Source: Candidatus Hermodarchaeota archaeon (GTDB lineage Archaea; Asgardarchaeota; Lokiarchaeia; Sigyniarchaeales; SOKP01). Taken from it: 44,156 bases of DNA. Of this stretch, positions 19,889 to 29,601 are shown one piece after another. Position numbers and translations under genes: made by a program. How positions within the stretch are numbered: position 1 is the stretch's first letter; each line of letters starts with the position of its first letter. The stretch lies in assembly GCA_048885525.1 (NCBI GenBank), contig JBHLLP010000009.1, forward strand, positions 57,233 through 101,388. The letters run 5' to 3'. Under the pieces are notes generated by a model. The model ran no database searches. It had not been told where the DNA came from and was given only the letters and a program-made list of their open reading frames with translations.

Positions 19889-20257
19889 ATGGAAAATCAA
19901 CCCAATATTGAAGAGTTAAAATCTAAAATAAGTTTAGGAATAAAATTTTGGTTAGAATTTGACAATAAAAGTATATTGGGTTCAGGATGGGCGGAACTGT
20001 TAAAAAATATTGAAAAAAACAAAGATGGTTCTTTAACTCAAGCAGCGAAAGAATGTAATTATTCATATAAATACGCATGGAATATATTAAAACGAATAGA
20101 AAAAAGAACAGGGAAATCGGTAGTGATAACAGGCAAAGGAGGACGTGGTGGAGGTGGTTGGGTACAATTAAATGATTGGGGGCTTTATCTCTTAGAAACT
20201 TACAATGAATATCTCAGAGAATTAACAAAAATTGAAAAAAGCTTAGAGAAACGATAA
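19889..20257 (+). CDS. ModE-type winged-helix regulator (DNA-binding domain only)
   Basis: LLKNIE..GSLTQAAKECNYSYKYAW.ILKRIE...GGRGGGG..LND.G; ATG at 19889 preferred. Confidence 0.88.
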   Translation: MENQPNIEELKSKISLGIKFWLEFDNKSILGSGWAELLKNIEKNKDGSLTQAAKECNYSYKYAWNILKRIEKRTGKSVVITGKGGRGGGGWVQLNDWGLYLLETYNEYLRELTKIEKSLEKR

Positions 20258-20359
20258 AACTTCTTTAATAAATATATTTTAATTTCAATATTGATTAATT
20301 TCAATTAGGAAATTGGAATTATTTTATTTTCATAAAATCTTGGAGTATTAGGTTTTATT

Positions 20360-20785
20360 ATGGACGATCGATTAGAGCAATTCAGTAAGATAAAAGTATC
20401 CAATATAATGATTAAAGATCCACTTTTTACACTCCCAAATGAAAAAATTAGTGCTACTGAACTTATAATGGTAAGGAAAAATATTGGTGGACTTCCAGTC
20501 GTAAATGATAGTAAGAATAAAATACTTATAGGCATTATCACCCAAAGAGATATACGTCTCGCTAGATTTGCGATGAATTTAAATTCACCAAATATAATTG
20601 TTAAGGATTTAATGACACCTGAACCTTTTGTTGTAAAAAAAGATGACACTGTAAAGTATGTTTTAGAGATTATGTTTGACAAAAAAATACAAAGATTACC
20701 AGTTGTAAATGATAATAATGAATTAATAGGTTTAGTAATACAAAATATGATCTTAAAAACTCTTCTTGAATTTTTTCAAAAATAA
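20360..20785 (+). CDS. CBS-pair protein
   Basis: IGGLPVVN...LIGIITQRDI; IQRLPVVN..ELIGLV. Confidence 0.92.
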   Translation: MDDRLEQFSKIKVSNIMIKDPLFTLPNEKISATELIMVRKNIGGLPVVNDSKNKILIGIITQRDIRLARFAMNLNSPNIIVKDLMTPEPFVVKKDDTVKYVLEIMFDKKIQRLPVVNDNNELIGLVIQNMILKTLLEFFQK

Positions 20786-20879
20786 TTAAAAATATATTAA
20801 TGTTATAAAAAAATTATAAAAATCATCAATTTTAGATTAATAATAAGAAAAACCAAAAAAATTTAATAATTGATAGAAA

Positions 20880-22394
20880 ATGGCACTACCCTTACCTGGA
20901 ACACCAATTATAATTGATATTGGCTCTGCATATGTCAAAATTGGATTTTCAGGAGAACCTGGACCTAGATTTGTATTTCCTTGCATTACAGGGACTGAAA
21001 AATATAAATCTGTAATGGTTGATGTTAGTGCTAGAAGTATTTATGTTGGAAACGATGTGTCTCGCATGCGGGGTGTTCTTAAAATTAAACATCCATTAAG
21101 TCGTGGTGAAATTATGGACTGGGACAGTTTCTATGAAGTCTTAAATTATATTTTTTATTCACTACTTAGAATAGAAAATCTTTCTAATTATCCAGTATTC
21201 TATTGTGAAACTCCCTTTATGCATAGAGATACTAAAGAATATATTGCACGACTTTTTTTTGAAACTCATCAAGTAAAAAGCCTAATTATGATGCAAACTC
21301 CATTGTTGTCCTTATTTAGTGTTGGTTTAACAACTGGGTTAGTAATTGAGAGCGGAGATGGATTAACTTGGATCGTGCCAATAATTAATGGACAGATAAT
21401 TCAACATGCAGTTCAGAAACTTCCATTAGCGGGTGTTGATGTTAATCAAAACTTAAAGAGTCTATTAATGAGAGAAGGAGTTAGTATTTCTTCCAGTGCA
21501 GCAGATGAGATTATTCAAGAAATAAAAGAGAAGAATTGTTATTTTGTATTGGATCCTAGCATCCCCACAAAACCAGGAGAAATGTTCAGTGTTTCGATGC
21601 CAGATGGTTCAACTATTAATGTTCCAACTTATATTCTCTATCAAGCCCCAGAAGTATTATTTAATCCAGTCATGCTAGGTTATGCAAATATTATGAATAT
21701 ACCTCAAGCAGTTATTGCCAGTATAAGAGCAGTAGACAATAATTATTGGCATAAGCTTTTATCTCATATTGTATTTTCAGGCGGAAATCTTTCATATAGC
21801 GGTTTTCAAGAACGTTTTGAATCAGAGTTGAATCCTCTCCTTCCTCAACTAGGTAAAATTCCCAAACCAGTTGCACCTCTTTCAGCAGTAAAAAGTGAAT
21901 TAATAAAGCTACAAGCTGTTGAAATCTCAAAAAAGCGAGATGATACTTGTCCCCATTGTGGCAATTTTGTAAATCTAAGTGATGGAAAAGAATTATGTCC
22001 TTCTTGTGGTGGGGTATTAGTCTTACCAGAAATAAAATTAGGAGTTTCAAGTCAAAAGGATGAAAGAAAAGGTAAATGTTCACATTGTTTGAAAGAATTT
22101 TCTGATGTATCTTCACTTTTTTGTCCTTATTGTGGAAAACCTATAGAAGCTTTAGAGTCCGCTGAAATCCCAGAAGAAATTACAAAAAAAACACCTGCTC
22201 AAGAATTTTCTGAATTAATGGAATCTGCTAATAAAGTAATCAAATTCTTTGTTCCCGATAATCTTCAATTTGCTATTTTTACTGGAGCAGCAATTTTAGG
22301 GAGTTTACCCTCTTTCCAACAAATGTTTGTTACTTATGAACAATTTCAAACAAACAGAGAATTGTTATATAGAGATATTAGCGAAATTCTTTAA
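20880..22394 (+). CDS. Actin-related protein with double zinc-ribbon insertion
   Basis: IIDIGSAYVKIGFSGE..PRFVFP, VIESGDG, EIKEK, PDG, APEVLFNP, SGGN, GAAILGSL. CxxC x4 insert at aa ~323-452. Confidence 0.92.
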   Translation: MALPLPGTPIIIDIGSAYVKIGFSGEPGPRFVFPCITGTEKYKSVMVDVSARSIYVGNDVSRMRGVLKIKHPLSRGEIMDWDSFYEVLNYIFYSLLRIENLSNYPVFYCETPFMHRDTKEYIARLFFETHQVKSLIMMQTPLLSLFSVGLTTGLVIESGDGLTWIVPIINGQIIQHAVQKLPLAGVDVNQNLKSLLMREGVSISSSAADEIIQEIKEKNCYFVLDPSIPTKPGEMFSVSMPDGSTINVPTYILYQAPEVLFNPVMLGYANIMNIPQAVIASIRAVDNNYWHKLLSHIVFSGGNLSYSGFQERFESELNPLLPQLGKIPKPVAPLSAVKSELIKLQAVEISKKRDDTCPHCGNFVNLSDGKELCPSCGGVLVLPEIKLGVSSQKDERKGKCSHCLKEFSDVSSLFCPYCGKPIEALESAEIPEEITKKTPAQEFSELMESANKVIKFFVPDNLQFAIFTGAAILGSLPSFQQMFVTYEQFQTNRELLYRDISEIL

Positions 22395-22548
22395 GTAAAC
22401 TAAATATTATTTACTACTTTAATTGTATTTCTTACTTAATTATATAAAATTGAAATTTTACATCAAATTCTTTAATTATATAGTTAATTTTTAATTTCAA
22501 GATATATTTTTAAAATTAAATTTTAAGTTAATAGATAGGTCTTATTAT

Positions 22549-23649
22549 TTGAAGCAAAAATATAAGAGTTTTACAATTTTTGCATTTATATTGCTTTTAG
22601 CATTAATTGCAATTCCAGGTGTATTAGGAAAAACTAGACGTGTCTATTTAACTAGTTTTATATTAGAAAATGAAATTGAAGGAGTAGGATTTTCCAATGC
22701 TATTGATAACGATAATACAGTATCTTTTGAAGCAACAGCTTATGCTTTGAATATTCTAAAGAATTATGGAATAGATCCTCATGATATTGAGACCCTTAAA
22801 ACTAATTTGGAAGACGACATTGAACAATTACTAAATAGTATTGAAGTAAATATCTATGATTTATTCTATTTAATGAAATCCCTTAATATTGTTGATCAAG
22901 ATTATGAAATTGATCAAAGTTTAGAAAATAGAATATATAAATTTGTTAATGATACGGGACAGATAGGCGGTGGGTTCTCTTACTCAAATACATCCAGCTC
23001 AGAAAATTTAGCTTCTACATATTATGCTCTTCAGCTTTACTCATTAATTGATGAACCTATTGCAAACATGACATTACATAAAAATTGGGTTTTATCCTGT
23101 AATAATAGTGATGGAGGATATGGAGGAAATCAAAGTTTATCCTCTACGTTAGCAAATACTTATTATGCCATCTCAATTTTAAATGAATTAGACTCAGTTA
23201 ATGATTTAGTTAATATTAATAATACATTATCTTATCTTCAATCTCATTATGTTCTAGATTCAGCAGATCTTACCAATTACGGGGGATATTTGCCCGATGA
23301 GTTTGCTCAATTTGCTTTGTTGAGTAGTACTTATTTTTGTGTTAAAGCCGTTTCTTTAATGGATGATACCAAATTATTTAAACATAGTATAACAACATGG
23401 GTATTATCACGACAGAATATCATAGATGGTGGATTTGCAGAGAACACTGGAGGGTATCAACAAAAAGCTTCCTCAGTTATAGCTTGTTATTATGCATTCG
23501 AGACATTAAAAACTTTAGATTCCTTATATAGTTTAAATGATGAAATATGGATGGTAGAATTTAATTATTGGATCTTAATAATTGTGTTAGGTTCTATTGG
23601 TTTAGGTATTGTAGCCTTGGTTTATCTTTGGAGAAGGAGAAGAATATAA
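22549..23649 (+). CDS. Secreted, C-terminally membrane-anchored prenyltransferase/squalene-oxidase-repeat (alpha/alpha toroid) protein
   Basis: Signal peptide; repeats WVLSCNNSDGGYG..TYYA and WVLSRQN..DGGFA..CYYA; C-terminal TM followed by RRRR. Confidence 0.8.
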   Translation: MKQKYKSFTIFAFILLLALIAIPGVLGKTRRVYLTSFILENEIEGVGFSNAIDNDNTVSFEATAYALNILKNYGIDPHDIETLKTNLEDDIEQLLNSIEVNIYDLFYLMKSLNIVDQDYEIDQSLENRIYKFVNDTGQIGGGFSYSNTSSSENLASTYYALQLYSLIDEPIANMTLHKNWVLSCNNSDGGYGGNQSLSSTLANTYYAISILNELDSVNDLVNINNTLSYLQSHYVLDSADLTNYGGYLPDEFAQFALLSSTYFCVKAVSLMDDTKLFKHSITTWVLSRQNIIDGGFAENTGGYQQKASSVIACYYAFETLKTLDSLYSLNDEIWMVEFNYWILIIVLGSIGLGIVALVYLWRRRRI

Positions 23650-23744
23650 AGATTTTAGTGTCATTATAATAGATAATTACGATATTTTGATGTTAATATA
23701 ATTCTTTTTTTTATTTTCAAATGTTATTATAATCAAGAAAAACC

Positions 23745-24608
23745 ATGAATAATAAAATATTAGATGGAAAAAATTTAGCCAAAAAATTAAATTCAGAATT
23801 GAAAAAGCAAATTAAAAAAGCGGTAGAACAATCTGGAATTAGACCTAAGTTGGCGACAATACTAGTAGGAAACGATCCTGCATCTAAAGTATATGTTAAT
23901 ATTAAGCATAAAACATGCCAAGATGTAGGTATTGAGTCCATTCTTTTAGAATTAGAAGAAAATATTGTAAAAGAAGAGCTTTTATATGAAATTGATAAAC
24001 TTAATAGAGATTCTACTGTTCATGGAATTTTACTGCAAATACCTCTTCCAGATATATTAAAAGATTATACTCCTGAATTTTTAGAGAAAATTTCACCATT
24101 AAAAGATGTTGATGGATTAAATCCTCTCACTCGTGGAAAACTTTTTGATTATAATGAGGAATTAGCTCCATGTACACCTAAAGGAATAATCGCACTTTTA
24201 GAACACTATAAGATAGAACTTAAGGGTAAAGACATTGTTATAATAAATAGATCCAATTTAGTAGGTAAACCACTTTTCTTTATGCTTCTTAAAAGAAATG
24301 CAACTCCAACTGTCTGTCATACTTCTACAAGAGATATTGATAAATATATTAAAAATGCTGATATTTTAATAGTAGCTGTAAGACATCCTAAATTTATTAC
24401 AAAAAAAAGAATTAAAGAAGATGTGGTAATTATTGATGTTGGAATAAATAGAGTTGAGGGTAAATTATGCGGAGATGTTGATTTTGATGATGTTTTGGAT
24501 AAATGTGGGGCGATATCACCCTCTCCTGGAGGCATAGGACCGCTTACTGTTCATTTTTTACTCCATAATACCTTTATTGCATACAAAAAACAATTAAATT
24601 TAACTTAA
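23745..24608 (+). CDS. folD: Methylenetetrahydrofolate dehydrogenase/cyclohydrolase
   Basis: VGNDPAS..YV..K, HGILLQIPLP, KDVDG, PCTP, RSNLVGKP, DVGIN, GDVD, PGGIGP. Confidence 0.96.
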   Translation: MNNKILDGKNLAKKLNSELKKQIKKAVEQSGIRPKLATILVGNDPASKVYVNIKHKTCQDVGIESILLELEENIVKEELLYEIDKLNRDSTVHGILLQIPLPDILKDYTPEFLEKISPLKDVDGLNPLTRGKLFDYNEELAPCTPKGIIALLEHYKIELKGKDIVIINRSNLVGKPLFFMLLKRNATPTVCHTSTRDIDKYIKNADILIVAVRHPKFITKKRIKEDVVIIDVGINRVEGKLCGDVDFDDVLDKCGAISPSPGGIGPLTVHFLLHNTFIAYKKQLNLT

Positions 24609-24829
24609 ATTTAATGTTTCAATTGTGTTATAAGAGAAAATTACTCAATTATTGAACAATTTAAATTAAAAATAGTTCTTTTAGCAACAATTTTTATTTT
24701 AAAAAACAATAAAAATAATATTAATTAAAGTTAAAAAAAAAATAGTAAAAAAAACTAAAATTATTTAGATTAAAAGAGAAATCGGATTATATTATTAAAT
24801 TAAATGCATTATAAATATCCTTTTCAAAA

Positions 24830-25285
24830 ATGGCTATATTAGAAGTTGGAATTAATCTTGGAATGAGAAACTTAGTTGAAATTAAATATTATACATCTTC
24901 GGATAATGTTTTAGATTCAAACTTACGTGCTGGATTTTTAACCGCTCTTGAAAGTTTTACTACCGAAGTATTCGGTGATGATATTTCTATAATCAGTTTA
25001 GCATCTTTTAAATTAGTTTGTTATTGCGAGATGATTCAATTACCTAATGATAACCCTGAGAATAAACAACCTCTTTTATCATATGCCATAATAGAAAAAG
25101 GAACAGATGCATCAGTAGTAAAAGTACAGTTAAGTCAAATACTGTCTTATTTTCTCAATCGCTATCCTCTTAATGATGTATTTTCGAAGAAACCTAAATA
25201 TTTCAAACAATTTGAAAGTCGGATTAATGAAATTTTGGGAGATTTAAGACTAAAAACAGAAGATAGATTTCGTTCTTTATTTTAA
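24830..25285 (+). CDS. Longin-like small protein
   Basis: LRAGFLTALESFTTEVFGDDISII matches the Asgard longin-like helix motif L.sGfl.Al..F..E. Confidence 0.6.
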   Translation: MAILEVGINLGMRNLVEIKYYTSSDNVLDSNLRAGFLTALESFTTEVFGDDISIISLASFKLVCYCEMIQLPNDNPENKQPLLSYAIIEKGTDASVVKVQLSQILSYFLNRYPLNDVFSKKPKYFKQFESRINEILGDLRLKTEDRFRSLF

Positions 25286-25289
25286 ATTA

Positions 25290-26501
25290 ATGAATAAGGG
25301 TTCTATTTTGAGCTCCAATTTACCACCTCAGGCTAAAGCCAAATATCAAGAGTATCTAGATGCTGGTGCTTTAGAAGAAAGAATCAAAAAATTAGAGGAA
25401 TTCTTATCCCTAGTTCCTAAACATAAAGCAACAGAAAAAATTGTTGCGCTAAATAAGTCACGTCTAGCAAAGATGAAGCGTGAATTAGATGACCGGAGGC
25501 AAAAACAAAAAAGTACACAAAAAGTTATCAGCCCTTTTTCGATAAAGAAGGAAGGGATTCAAATAATTTTAATTAGTTGTTATCAAACTCCTGGAGTTGG
25601 AAAAACATCAATTTTGAATTATCTAACTGGAGCTGCAGAAGAAAAAATAGGTAAATTTACAGTTTTACCAGAAATTGGGATTTATCACTATAAAAAAATC
25701 CGTTTTCAAATGGTTGATATGCCCTCTATTATGAAAGGTGCCTCTGAAGGAGTTGGAAATGGAAAAGAAATAATGTCACAACTTAGAGCTGCAGATTTAT
25801 TATGTTTTTGCGTAGATTTATCAACAGATATAGAAGATCAGATAGATTTGCTAGTAAATGAACTAACTAAAGCCGACATTCGAATAAATAAATTACCACC
25901 ACCATTAACAATTGAAAAAACTGGAGCAAATAAAATTCAAGTTCTCTATCTGACTAAAGAGGCAAAAGAAATTGAAGGATTAGATGATCTCGCAGAACAA
26001 ATAAAAGAAATTATAAATGAAAATGGGATTCGTAATGCAATTGTAAAAATTTATGGTGAAATAACTCTGGATAATGTCATTGATGTCTTAACCCCCTCTG
26101 TAGTATATAAGAAAGTGATTTTGTTAGGAACTAAAGGAGATCTTCCTCATACCCAAGAAGTTTTTGAAAAACTAAAAAAGAACTATTCAGTTAAATTTCC
26201 TATAATTTTTGGTACTAGTCTTCAGAAAGAACATTTTCCTAAAGATTTTGGTGAAAAAATTTTAAAATTCTTAAACAAAATTAGGATATTTACTATGAAC
26301 TCAGGGATTATAGCTGAAATACCATTAATAATGGATAAAAACTCTACTGTTAAAGATGCGGCATTAAAAATACATAGAAGTTTTTATGATTCATTTGACC
26401 ATGCTATAATAATACGCGAAGGAGAACGCCAGAAACGAAAGAAAGTGGGTTTGGATTACGCTTTAAAAGATAATGATATTATAGAAATACATTTGACTTA
26501 A
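25290..26501 (+). CDS. DRG/Obg-family GTPase with C-terminal TGS domain
   Basis: NLPP, VPKHKATEK, GVGKTS, DMPS, RAADL, TKGD, TVKDAALKIH, VGLDYALKDNDIIEIH. The true start may be the TTG at 25308. Confidence 0.88.
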   Translation: MNKGSILSSNLPPQAKAKYQEYLDAGALEERIKKLEEFLSLVPKHKATEKIVALNKSRLAKMKRELDDRRQKQKSTQKVISPFSIKKEGIQIILISCYQTPGVGKTSILNYLTGAAEEKIGKFTVLPEIGIYHYKKIRFQMVDMPSIMKGASEGVGNGKEIMSQLRAADLLCFCVDLSTDIEDQIDLLVNELTKADIRINKLPPPLTIEKTGANKIQVLYLTKEAKEIEGLDDLAEQIKEIINENGIRNAIVKIYGEITLDNVIDVLTPSVVYKKVILLGTKGDLPHTQEVFEKLKKNYSVKFPIIFGTSLQKEHFPKDFGEKILKFLNKIRIFTMNSGIIAEIPLIMDKNSTVKDAALKIHRSFYDSFDHAIIIREGERQKRKKVGLDYALKDNDIIEIHLT

Positions 26502-29164
26502 TATTTGATATTTTCAATTAAATTTGGAATTTCTATAGTCTCTCTAATGTAATCTTCGTCTAAATTAGGTATACCTTCAGCAATGTTTTTAATACTCTCT
26601 AAGCTATAGATTAAACTCTCTAAATAATCAATTAGATCTCCCTTAAAAACCAAAATCTTGTATTCATTTATTAAATAATTAGAAATTTCTTCAATTGTCA
26701 TATTTTCTTTAACACGTAAATTAAGTATTAACTTTTCCAAGTTTACACGCCCACAATCGCAATAGGGATTATCCTTACAGCTACAATTAAAAATATCGCT
26801 TGTTAATTTAGTTATAAAGTCAATAAAATCACGTGAGAATGTTTTTCTTTTCTTAACGTAGTCAGCATTCATTAAAGATAACACACTGGCACTGAATAAA
26901 TTATTTGAAAAATACTTCATGTTGATATTTTTTGATAAATCTGCCACTAACTTTTTTGATAAATAGACATTTCTTAGAACTTCTAAATCTATAGCGATAT
27001 CTAATGGTGAATATAATTTATTTTTCAATTTTTTTATTATTTCAAGGCTTTCATCAACACTTAAAAAAGAATTAGCAATTGCTTTTCCTAAACGTGTTGC
27101 TTTAAGTGTGGAGTCTTCCCTTATTTTTATTAATTTAAAAGATATTAAGTTCTTCAAAACTTGTTCCAAATCAAAATGATTATTAATTAAATGGTCATAA
27201 AATTCATAGATACTTTCTTTTGTGATCCATTGACTAAACATAGAAATAAATGCAAGAATTTCAGTTTGAGATTTGTCTTCAATGGGTATGAGTTCATAAT
27301 CTTTAATCTTTCCATTTAACAGTTTTATTGCAATATTTTCTTCAGTATTTTTCATTTTAGGAGAATAAACCTTTCCTGGTTCAACAAGTATATATGCTAA
27401 ACCCTTTTCATGCTTTTTTAATCTCCCGGCTCTTCCAAGCATTTGTTCAAATTCTGCTACTGATAACCAATTTATCCCCATTGCTAAAGATTCGAAAATA
27501 ACCTGTCGAGCTGGAAGATCTACTCCCGCTGCTAAAGCTGCAGTCGCTACCACGCCTGTAATACTCTGAGATTGAAATTTTTCTTCAACAATTTTTCTCT
27601 CTTCATTTGTTAAACCTGAATGATACGCTGATACAAGAATTCCTTTTTTTTGTAAATACGCAGATATTGATTCACATTTTTTTCGAGTATTTGTAAATAC
27701 TATAGATTGACCTTTAAACCCATATATTGATTTTTTAGAAAAACCTGCTTTTAATAATTTCGAAATATATTTTTGCTTTTGAGTTTCGTTTAAGCATAAT
27801 AATAAATGACGCTCAATTGGAACGGGGCGATTATTATATTTAATCAATTTACAATTTAATTTTGTTGCTAAAAACTCTGGCTCACCTAGGGTTGCGCTTA
27901 AATACAGAAATTGAGAATCGAATTGTGTCTTTAACCTGGCTATTAACCCATCTAAAATGAAACCACGTTCTGGATCAATTAGTGTTTGAATCTCATCAAT
28001 AATTATTGTACCAATATTCCTTAAGAGCTCCTTATTTCCACTTCTTAAAATGTAATCTATAGCCTCATAAGTCGCGACTATAATATGTGCATTAGCTAAG
28101 TCTTTAATATTATCCTCCTCTATTTTCCCAAATAAAGACTCTCCAACTCTTTTCATAATTTTTAATTTAATTGATTCATATTTTTCTTTAAACTCTTCTG
28201 TTCTTATATTAGCTAATGCCACAATGGGCACCAGATATAACATTTTAGCATTTCTGTTATTTAATACTCTTGAAATACCTGTTAATTCTCCAACAAGTGT
28301 CTTTCCACCCGAAGTAGGAGCCATAATCAATTGATTACATCGTTCCGTTAATAAACCCTTTTCAACTGATATTGCTTGGATTGGCAAGAGTGTCGAAAAT
28401 TTTAATCTTTTCAATACTTCTTTAAATGCGGGAGGAATTTCCAAATTTTCTATATTCTGATTAAGATATTTCTTACTTATTGAGGGTGTTTTTTCAATAT
28501 CATAAAGAGTTATATCTCTATTATTCACTGGATTAAAATCTGCTTTAAATGCTTCTAATACTTTTCTAACATCCTTAAACTTTAGTAATAAATGCATTAA
28601 AAAATTCTTTAATTTAGGATTAATTTTCTCTTGAGAAATTAACCCTGATAGCTTAAATCTATTCAATATAACATCAAAAGCACATTTAGAACAAAAAATT
28701 TGATTTTTATATGATTTGATTTGAAGATTTTCATTTATTAAAGTAAATATATTTTTTTCCAAACAAGAATTGCATAGAGTCAATTCAATTATGTTTTCAG
28801 GATTATATTGAAAATTATTTAACATCTCTTTTACTGGTAAAATATCCTCAGAAGACGTTTGGTTTGAAAAAGCAATAAATTTATTTTTATCTGAAAGAAT
28901 AAATTTTCTCAACAAATGTGGATCAATTGGTTGTGATCTTCCATCTTTTTCAACTTTGTTAAAATTCAGTGGTCTCATTTTATTCTTAAAATCTAACCCA
29001 AATATTGCCGTTCCTCTAAAGAATGGTTCATTTACATAAGTAAATGAAAATCTTTTTTTCTTAAATGATTTAAGATAAAAGAAATTAATATTGAAAAGCA
29101 ATTCTTTTTTATGCACACGATTTCTATCTAAAACAATAAAATAGTTTCTTGAAGGAACACTCAA
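26498..29164 (-). CDS. Ski2-like DEAD/DEAH helicase with N- and C-terminal Cys clusters (ASH-Ski2/DUF5814-like)
   Basis: APTSGGKT, DEIQ, SAT, HSGL, QMLGRAGR; CNSC..CSKC at the N-terminus and CSCKDNPYCDC at the C-terminus. Confidence 0.9.
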   Translation of the reverse strand: MSVPSRNYFIVLDRNRVHKKELLFNINFFYLKSFKKKRFSFTYVNEPFFRGTAIFGLDFKNKMRPLNFNKVEKDGRSQPIDPHLLRKFILSDKNKFIAFSNQTSSEDILPVKEMLNNFQYNPENIIELTLCNSCLEKNIFTLINENLQIKSYKNQIFCSKCAFDVILNRFKLSGLISQEKINPKLKNFLMHLLLKFKDVRKVLEAFKADFNPVNNRDITLYDIEKTPSISKKYLNQNIENLEIPPAFKEVLKRLKFSTLLPIQAISVEKGLLTERCNQLIMAPTSGGKTLVGELTGISRVLNNRNAKMLYLVPIVALANIRTEEFKEKYESIKLKIMKRVGESLFGKIEEDNIKDLANAHIIVATYEAIDYILRSGNKELLRNIGTIIIDEIQTLIDPERGFILDGLIARLKTQFDSQFLYLSATLGEPEFLATKLNCKLIKYNNRPVPIERHLLLCLNETQKQKYISKLLKAGFSKKSIYGFKGQSIVFTNTRKKCESISAYLQKKGILVSAYHSGLTNEERKIVEEKFQSQSITGVVATAALAAGVDLPARQVIFESLAMGINWLSVAEFEQMLGRAGRLKKHEKGLAYILVEPGKVYSPKMKNTEENIAIKLLNGKIKDYELIPIEDKSQTEILAFISMFSQWITKESIYEFYDHLINNHFDLEQVLKNLISFKLIKIREDSTLKATRLGKAIANSFLSVDESLEIIKKLKNKLYSPLDIAIDLEVLRNVYLSKKLVADLSKNINMKYFSNNLFSASVLSLMNADYVKKRKTFSRDFIDFITKLTSDIFNCSCKDNPYCDCGRVNLEKLILNLRVKENMTIEEISNYLINEYKILVFKGDLIDYLESLIYSLESIKNIAEGIPNLDEDYIRETIEIPNLIENIKY

Positions 29165-29289
29165 TTATGACCAATTAAAAATATAAATAATTATTAAATG
29201 AAATGAATTTAAACAATTCAATTTTTCTATTTCTATTATGACTGAAATTATTTAAAAATAAATAAAGAACTAAGATAATTCAATAAAAA

Positions 29290-29451
29290 TTAAAATCCAA
29301 AAACTTGTTTAATTTTATCGTAAACTTCTTTAATTTGCCTAAGTTTTACTTCATCGCCCTGATTTAGGAAATGCTCCAACCATTGCGAAAGACCTTGATT
29401 CTTAATCCACTCAAGGAAGTATTCAACAGATTGACGTTCTTCAGCAGACAT
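29290..29451 (-). CDS. Unannotated 53-aa helical protein
   Basis: MSAEERQSVEYFLEWIKNQGLSQWLEHFLNQGDEVKLRQIKEVYDKIKQVFGF*; GC-richer island in an AT-rich spacer, ATG start, T-run after the stop. Confidence 0.7.
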   Translation of the reverse strand: MSAEERQSVEYFLEWIKNQGLSQWLEHFLNQGDEVKLRQIKEVYDKIKQVFGF

Positions 29452-29601
29452 TTTTTATACTAAATTTCTCTTATGTTGAATTATTTTTTTTATATTCTTC
29501 TATATAAGATTATAAATTATTCTATTTTATATTTTTATAATTCTAAATCAATTAAATAAAGTTAATGAAATTTTCAATTAAATTTTAAATATTTGAGAAA
29601 A

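Noticed and set aside
14576-26501. 4-bp convergent stop overlaps at 14576-14579 and 26498-26501
   Set aside because: Common in compact AT-rich genomes
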